From the IMG/VR virus record IMGVR_UViG_3300012956_000022, positions 4,201-68,200 of that record: DNA of 64,000 bases. One strand, written 5' to 3'. The position numbers and the translations under genes are program-made. Of the stretch, positions 59,084 to 64,000 are shown in pieces; the stretch's first letter is position 1; each line of letters starts with the position of its first letter. The notes beneath the pieces are model-generated. The model was given only the letters and a program-made list of their open reading frames with translations. It made no database searches and had not been told where the DNA came from. Source of the stretch: a virus.

Positions 59084-59594
59084 CTCTCACCACCATTACA
59101 TGATTTAGTCCACGCAGGTCTTTCACCCTTACCATCATTATCTTGTCGTGTCCGTTCTTACTGTATATCTTATAGGGTGCAAAACCTTTTCCCTTTTCCG
59201 TTATTATATATTTCTGTGTCTGCCCATCTATAAGCTTCATGCTTCTAAGCACCTTTTCCGTATAATCCACCAGGTGCCTTCTTTCCACCATAAGATAATG
59301 GTTTCCCATTGCAAATGCTATGTGTGTCGCCCTTCCATATAACCACCCTCTTCTTCCCGAGCTGTTTCTCAGCTCTATCCAGGTATACTTATCAGATGGC
59401 TCCATATCAGAACGGTTTATCCTCTTCTGGCTCTTCACATCCACACTCAATCCGTTGCCAAGATACAAATCTATGTGATATTCCATATCTATCTTCCCCG
59501 TACTCCTGCATGATTCTATACTGTGATACTTCAGCAGGCATTCCCTGAACAGGTTCTCCTCCGCATCCTCCCTCTTGTAAATCTCTTTAGCCAT
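59073..59594 (-). CDS. PD-(D/E)xK-type endonuclease
   Basis: HIDL...VDVKSQKR...WIELRN..G..GWLYG.A..IAF. Confidence 0.7.
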   Translation of the reverse strand: MAKEIYKREDAEENLFRECLLKYHSIESCRSTGKIDMEYHIDLYLGNGLSVDVKSQKRINRSDMEPSDKYTWIELRNSSGRRGWLYGRATHIAFAMGNHYLMVERRHLVDYTEKVLRSMKLIDGQTQKYIITEKGKGFAPYKIYSKNGHDKIMMVRVKDLRGLNHVMVVRDAG

Positions 59595-59643
59595 GTCCGT
59601 GTTCTATACTATGTTAGTAAATTCAGCAATACAGTAATCTCAA

Positions 59644-60213
59644 TTATGCAGGTCTCCTCTCAAACATATTAATCTCCCTGTTGTTCTTTGTCTTTGTATT
59701 TTCAAACAACTCCTGCTGCACTTTCTCTTCTAAGGCATCCAGTGTCTTGAGAACATTCAGTGTATCCACCAGTGCAGAAGTGATATCTTTTGGTTTGTAC
59801 TTCGGATAGCCGGCTTTTGTTTCCGAGCTGAGGTCCACCTCTGAAAGGAACTGTCTTGTCATATTTGCAGCACCCCTTGCATCCTCCAGGTAGGCAAGAG
59901 ACGGAGAGGCATTGTAGAAAAACTCCAGGTACTGCTCCATGGCCATCTTTACCAGATTATCCGGTTTGTATACAGCCTCCTTTCCAAAAACATTCTCAAT
60001 GACTTTCTGCTCTTTTTTCTCCTTCTCGTACCCCCTGAAAGGGTTGGTTTTCTTGGGGCTGCACATAAACTCTATGTACTTGAACTGCTGCATGGCAGTG
60101 ACCTTCTTAATATCACTGTCCCTGTCCCATATCTCACTGAACGGATATATCAACAGTATCTCCTTTGTGGGCTTTACCGTGTTCCCCTCTATCGTAAACA
60201 GTTCCATAGACAT
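59644..60213 (-). CDS. Conserved protein upstream of TerL (possible terminase small subunit)
   Basis: 189 aa, helical; PFSEIWDRD...; position. Confidence 0.6.
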   Translation of the reverse strand: MSMELFTIEGNTVKPTKEILLIYPFSEIWDRDSDIKKVTAMQQFKYIEFMCSPKKTNPFRGYEKEKKEQKVIENVFGKEAVYKPDNLVKMAMEQYLEFFYNASPSLAYLEDARGAANMTRQFLSEVDLSSETKAGYPKYKPKDITSALVDTLNVLKTLDALEEKVQQELFENTKTKNNREINMFERRPA

Positions 60214-60695
60214 CAGATGATTATATAATTAGTTCCCGGAATGAATTCCCTGTTATTATACCGTATCAGCATCTGCCTCCAGTTGAGACCAAAAGTTTTC
60301 TCAAAATGAGGTAGGTCCTTAAAAGACCTGCCTGACTTAAAACCATACGACTCAAATACAGCTATCACTTCATTCCAGTCTATTTTTCCATCCCTGTCAA
60401 AGTCTTCTGTAGTGCTCCAAGATATCAGATTACCCTTCTTCAGCACACAAAAGTCCACAGCCAGTCCATAATTATGATAACTCTGACCTCCCTTTGCCTT
60501 TGTCACTATGTTGCCGGGCTCTGTTCTCCCCTGCCGGTACAGTTTATTCTGCTCTTCAAATGTACGCAGTCCCTGTACTATCCTTATTTCAGCATCCTGC
60601 CCAAGCTTTTCATCAGCTTCCAGCACAGCTTTTTTGACATCTTCCCGTATGACGGGATGCAGCAGGGCAACCCTGTCCATTGTAATCTTATCCAT
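60213..60695 (-). CDS. Endolysin, M15 family L-Ala-D-Glu peptidase
   Basis: GLRTFEEQ..LY.QGRT...SYHNYGLAVD...DLPHFE Zn-peptidase motifs. Confidence 0.92.
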   Translation of the reverse strand: MDKITMDRVALLHPVIREDVKKAVLEADEKLGQDAEIRIVQGLRTFEEQNKLYRQGRTEPGNIVTKAKGGQSYHNYGLAVDFCVLKKGNLISWSTTEDFDRDGKIDWNEVIAVFESYGFKSGRSFKDLPHFEKTFGLNWRQMLIRYNNREFIPGTNYIII

Positions 60696-60734
60696 GTCTA
60701 CCTGTTTTACTTTGTTTTTACTTTGTTTCTTATC

Positions 60735-61061
60735 TTAAGTCGTTACAGTGGCACTGAAAGAAAGCTTATCTTCCGTGTCATCTGTATACTTTACAGTAAT
60801 GTATTTTGTCGTAGTGTACCTGTTCTGGCCAGCCTGTACCAGATGCACCGGTACCTTTGACGGAACATATTCCACATTCAAGGTACCACTTTTTTCATTA
60901 AATGCAGCCACAGTGCATCCACAGGAAGCGGTAATCAGAAAACCCTTACCGTCAGGAGTCCTCTTTACCGTCTTTGATGAAGACACCATCTTATACACCA
61001 TGTTCATTTTTTTTCCCTCGGGTATCACACCCAGGCTCTTATAAGTCTCTGTCCAAATCAT
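60735..61061 (-). CDS. DUF1573-like Ig-fold protein
   Basis: Signature TASCGCT...K.ITV. Confidence 0.7.
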   Translation of the reverse strand: MIWTETYKSLGVIPEGKKMNMVYKMVSSSKTVKRTPDGKGFLITASCGCTVAAFNEKSGTLNVEYVPSKVPVHLVQAGQNRYTTTKYITVKYTDDTEDKLSFSATVTT

Positions 61062-61479
61062 ATTGCTGTCTTTTAAAATTGTCTTTTTCCTTTTTACTGT
61101 AATTAGTCAGCCGATGAAAATACAGCTTGTCTTCACTCATACTGTATTTCCATGCACCATTCTCATCAAAAACAAGCATACCCATCCTGAAGCTGATCCA
61201 TGAATATTTATCCATCATGGCAGGATAGCAGGGTTTGTCACATGCCTTATTGGCCATCTGAAGATGGGTTGTCTGGCATCCGCACATCTTACACTCCCCG
61301 GCCTGATAGCACTCTATATCCATATTCTTAATACGAAACCCTATCTGCTCCCTTATGTGCTCCCTCAGCAACCAACTCAGCCTTCTGTCGTAGTATAGTC
61401 TGTACCTTATGTTGCCAATCAGGTATGCCGTCACATTCTTCCACGTTACTTTTTTCAGTTTTTCCCTTGTGATTCCCAT
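61039..61479 (-). CDS. Cys-containing hypothetical protein
   Basis: CY..GECKMCGC...KAC...C; start taken at ATG 61479. Confidence 0.65.
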   Translation of the reverse strand: MGITREKLKKVTWKNVTAYLIGNIRYRLYYDRRLSWLLREHIREQIGFRIKNMDIECYQAGECKMCGCQTTHLQMANKACDKPCYPAMMDKYSWISFRMGMLVFDENGAWKYSMSEDKLYFHRLTNYSKKEKDNFKRQQYDLDRDL

Positions 61480-61516
61480 AACTTTTGTTTTCTGTTTTCT
61501 GTTTTCTGCTTCCTTC

Positions 61517-61864
61517 TCAGCCTCCTTTTCTTGTCTTGTCCACCTTATGCGGCCTTCTCTTCTCATACCTCTCTATAAAATCCAGCAGTACCCTGGTGTA
61601 ATTGCTGTAAGACTCATGAGAAATCTTTCCCCTGTTATAGGACCACTGGGTTTCCGTCAGTTTTGCCAGTGCATGCTTGTACCTTACCCTAAACACCCCG
61701 AAATACTTTATCCTTATCTCCGGCAGTAGCTCCTCCTGCATCTTTTTCCTGACAAATACAAACGGATACCGACACATGTCTGCCACCTGTTCCCTGGTAA
61801 GATCCGGAAAAGACTCCTTTGCCACCTCCTCATAAAACCTGTCAATCAGTTCCTGTGCTTCCAT
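61517..61864 (-). CDS. HU/IHF-like DNA-binding protein
   Basis: HU-like motif EIRIKYFGVFRV. Confidence 0.65.
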   Translation of the reverse strand: MEAQELIDRFYEEVAKESFPDLTREQVADMCRYPFVFVRKKMQEELLPEIRIKYFGVFRVRYKHALAKLTETQWSYNRGKISHESYSNYTRVLLDFIERYEKRRPHKVDKTRKGG

Positions 61865-61888
61865 ATGTTTTTTCTTTTTACAGTATAC

Positions 61889-62227
61889 TTACTTCCCACC
61901 TGTAATACTCACCACCTTACCTGATTTTCTGGTACTCTTCTCAGCTTGCTGTTGTACCTGCTTATCCATATCCTTTGGCAACAGCATATTTACCAGCACC
62001 TCCAGCTGGTGATTGGTAGCCTCAAAAAACAACCACTCATAATCCAGTGAAAAGACAGTCCTCTTTTCCCCGTCCTTATCTTCCTCCTCAAATTCCTGAA
62101 GATAGTTTCCAGGCAACTTGTTCTCCTGCACCTTCTGGATCACCATATGCAGCGGAATTTGTCTCATGATATCTACCATCAGTGACCTCATTATCAATTC
62201 TTCCGGATGTAGCTTGTTCAGTATCAC
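61889..62227 (-). CDS. Hypothetical protein
   Basis: 112-aa ORF with a GTG start. Confidence 0.6.
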   Translation of the reverse strand: MILNKLHPEELIMRSLMVDIMRQIPLHMVIQKVQENKLPGNYLQEFEEEDKDGEKRTVFSLDYEWLFFEATNHQLEVLVNMLLPKDMDKQVQQQAEKSTRKSGKVVSITGGK

Positions 62228-62266
62228 TTGTCTAAATTTATTTTATTGGTTAATGATCAATTTAAT

Positions 62267-62632
62267 CTATGCTTCCATGTTTACCAGTCTGATAATATAA
62301 TTCTGTTCCTCCATACTGGCATTCAGAATGGGATTGATTATCTCCATCCCATCCTCGGTGGCAACAATGAACTTCTTATCCTTAAAACTTTTCATGTAAT
62401 TTCCCAAGCCGCCATCAGAGAGATGAAGCAGCTTCTTTATCATTTTTCTTGCTGTGGTTCCAAACCTGTCCATAGCTATATCCCCATCCAAAGACATAAA
62501 AGCTGCCAGCACTTCCACCTCTTTAGGAGTAAGCTTTACCGGCAACAACGCATTAACTATCTGCAAATGAACTTCAAAATACTTATTCCTGTTCAATCTA
62601 AGTATCTTCCTGAGTACCTTACTGCTTTTCAT
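62267..62632 (-). CDS. Winged-helix/HTH DNA-binding protein
   Basis: LTPKEVEVLAAF...RKMIKKLL.LS...LGNY.KS.K.K.FI. Confidence 0.7.
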   Translation of the reverse strand: MKSSKVLRKILRLNRNKYFEVHLQIVNALLPVKLTPKEVEVLAAFMSLDGDIAMDRFGTTARKMIKKLLHLSDGGLGNYMKSFKDKKFIVATEDGMEIINPILNASMEEQNYIIRLVNMEA

Positions 62633-62651
62633 ATTCTTTCCTATTCTTAAA

Positions 62652-62709
62652 CAAAGTTAAGATAAAAATTAAAAATAGCAAGTAAATTGAAAATAATTTA
62701 CTAACTTTG
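62652..62709. promoter_or_regulatory. Back-to-back Bacteroidota-type promoters
   Basis: TAACTTTG on the - strand (62652-62659) and on the + strand (62702-62709); both match TAnnTTTG. Confidence 0.6.
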
Positions 62710-62838
62710 TTCCAGTTAAGTCCTACTGAAAAGGACACCAGCCATACAGGAGAAGTCTGATCAGCTTCTCCTATTTCACCCTCCTTCCAAATTTTCTGAA
62801 AAATTTTTGGTACCAAATTTCAGGTATCACAAAATTCC

Positions 62839-62877
62839 AGGTATTTTTTAAAGGTATTTTTTAAAGGTATTTTTTGA
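62839..62877. repeat. Three tandem 13-bp direct repeats (iteron-like)
   Basis: AGGTATTTTTTAA at 62839 and 62852, AGGTATTTTTTGA at 62865; degenerate GGTA units upstream. Confidence 0.85.
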
Positions 62878-63140
62878 GTGTTGCGAGAGGGTTTTCCTCC
62901 CCCACTCACACCCCCCCTAATTATTGGAAAGGGAAACTACCCCCCCGGTAGTAAGGGAACCCGAAAAGTTCCACCTCCTAAATAAATAGACAGATGATTT
63001 CTGACTGGCCTGTGACGGGACACCAGTCAGTGCTCTGCTCTGTGGTCACTGCCTTGCCTCAAGGCTACCACTCTTCCTTCCCCTGTCAGACACTGCAGGC
63101 AACCCAAGCCTGTGCCTGTCTATCAGTGGTGCACACTGCA

Positions 63141-63167
63141 CCTAAAACCCCCGTCAATTTGGGACAT
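63141..63167 (+). promoter_or_regulatory. Repeated 27-bp motif, copy 1 (putative phage early promoter)
   Basis: CCTAAAACCCCCGTCAATTTGGGACAT, 29 nt before ATG 63197. Confidence 0.6.
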
Positions 63168-63196
63168 CATTATTCATAACATTAAACAACTTTAAC

Positions 63197-63547
63197 ATGT
63201 CAAACATCATGAACATGGAGTTGGTACAAGTGACACCAACTCCTAACGCAGAAACAGCAGGCTTCATTTTGAAGTTGCAAAACAAAAGCGAGAAAATTCT
63301 CGAAACAGCTTTCGGTACGAAAGTTACCCAAAGCAGTCTTACCTACTACATGAAGGTAAACGAGCTTCCTGCAGGCCTTAAGCTGGCACCCATCCCGGGT
63401 AAACCTGGTTCCAAGAAACCGGCAGTGAAATTTACGGCTGATTTGGACATTGATTGTTTTAACGTCAAGGAGAGGTCCGATTATGAGTTTGAGGGTGATG
63501 ATGGCAACATCATTACTCCTGTAACCAAGTGGCTATCGCTGAAATAG
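63197..63547 (+). CDS. Early hypothetical protein
   Basis: 116-aa ORF with its own upstream motif and terminator. Confidence 0.8.
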   Translation: MSNIMNMELVQVTPTPNAETAGFILKLQNKSEKILETAFGTKVTQSSLTYYMKVNELPAGLKLAPIPGKPGSKKPAVKFTADLDIDCFNVKERSDYEFEGDDGNIITPVTKWLSLK

Positions 63548-63554
63548 CCCACAA

Positions 63555-63591
63555 GACAGTGCTGCACACAACGTGCAGTGCTGTTTTTTTT
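63555..63591 (+). terminator. Intrinsic terminator
   Basis: ACAGTGCTGCAC-acaac-GTGCAGTGCTGT followed by a T-tract. Confidence 0.85.
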
Positions 63592-63609
63592 CATTCAGAT
63601 GTTCTCCTT

Positions 63610-63636
63610 CCTAAAACCCCCACAAATTTTGGACAT
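63610..63636 (+). promoter_or_regulatory. Repeated 27-bp motif, copy 2
   Basis: CCTAAAACCCCCACAAATTTTGGACAT, 23/27 identical to copy 1; lies between a terminator and ATG 63683. Confidence 0.6.
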
Positions 63637-63682
63637 AAGGGGACTTATTTTTTAACTCATTCACTTTTTAAATAAATCAGTT

Positions 63683-63901
63683 ATGTTATTAGCAGTAGTA
63701 AACGGTGTAGATACCGATACCTTTAGTAGAGGCAGGGCAACATCAGTACATGTCTACGAGAAAGACATCAAAGGAGACCTTACAAAACAGAATGTATTTA
63801 AGTACATTATGAGTCTAAGCATGAGGATAGATAATATCCACTACTCTCCTTACTATGAATGTCTGCCCAGAAAAGAGATACACAAAGTTCCAGTGGAATA
63901 A
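63683..63901 (+). CDS. Early hypothetical protein
   Basis: 72-aa ORF after the motif and an AT-rich leader. Confidence 0.65.
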   Translation: MLLAVVNGVDTDTFSRGRATSVHVYEKDIKGDLTKQNVFKYIMSLSMRIDNIHYSPYYECLPRKEIHKVPVE

Positions 63902-64000
63902 CAAAAGAGGTCTGATAAACAGACCAGCCATTAGAACTTCGATGTTATCTACCTCAACAAGTGCCTGCAGGGATTAAAAGCAGGTCACAACTTACACAGT

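Noticed and set aside
8718-62632. Stop-codon reassignment, as in some crAss-like phages
   Set aside because: Genes up to 10 kb are open in the standard code, and TAG, TGA and TAA all end genes. No suppressor tRNA was seen.
8812-62650. Numerous + strand ORFs opposite the virion genes (e.g. 43451-44356, 55695-56648) and - strand ORFs in 0.6-8.7 kb
   Set aside because: They are antisense shadows of well-supported genes, with unnatural composition.
62994-63179. 61-aa ORF in the divergent control region
   Set aside because: It overlaps the hairpin train and the repeated motif and does not look like a real protein.

Overview
This window is part of a crAss-like (Crassvirales-type) podovirus genome, probably infecting a Bacteroidota host, and it uses the standard genetic code. 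Positions 1-8.7 kb are + strand metabolic and accessory genes: dUTPase, a spanin-like lipoprotein, a DnaA-domain-IV HTH protein, a YkgJ-type Cys-cluster protein and many small ORFs. Positions 8.7-62.6 kb are one long - strand virion block: TerL, portal, scaffold, major capsid, ring/tail proteins, holin, M15 endolysin, and giant cargo proteins including a 3460-aa virion RNA polymerase with a DFDVD motif. Positions 62.6-64 kb hold a divergent, hairpin- and repeat-rich control region and the first + strand early genes. The most striking feature is at 6837-8496: an integrase-less array of integron attC-like hairpins. Each gene there is flanked by its own complementary GTTA.../...TAAC cores, runs antisense to the conventional cassette orientation, and has an ORF starting inside the hairpin loop. 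One attC body has been excised, and the array ends in a DNA adenine methylase fragment. Other points of interest are a candidate multi-helix ncRNA (2480-2655), a small promoter-to-terminator RNA next to an origin-like region, a repeated 27-bp putative phage promoter, and a tail-spike module inserted between the cargo genes. All family assignments come from motif recognition by eye, not from database searches.
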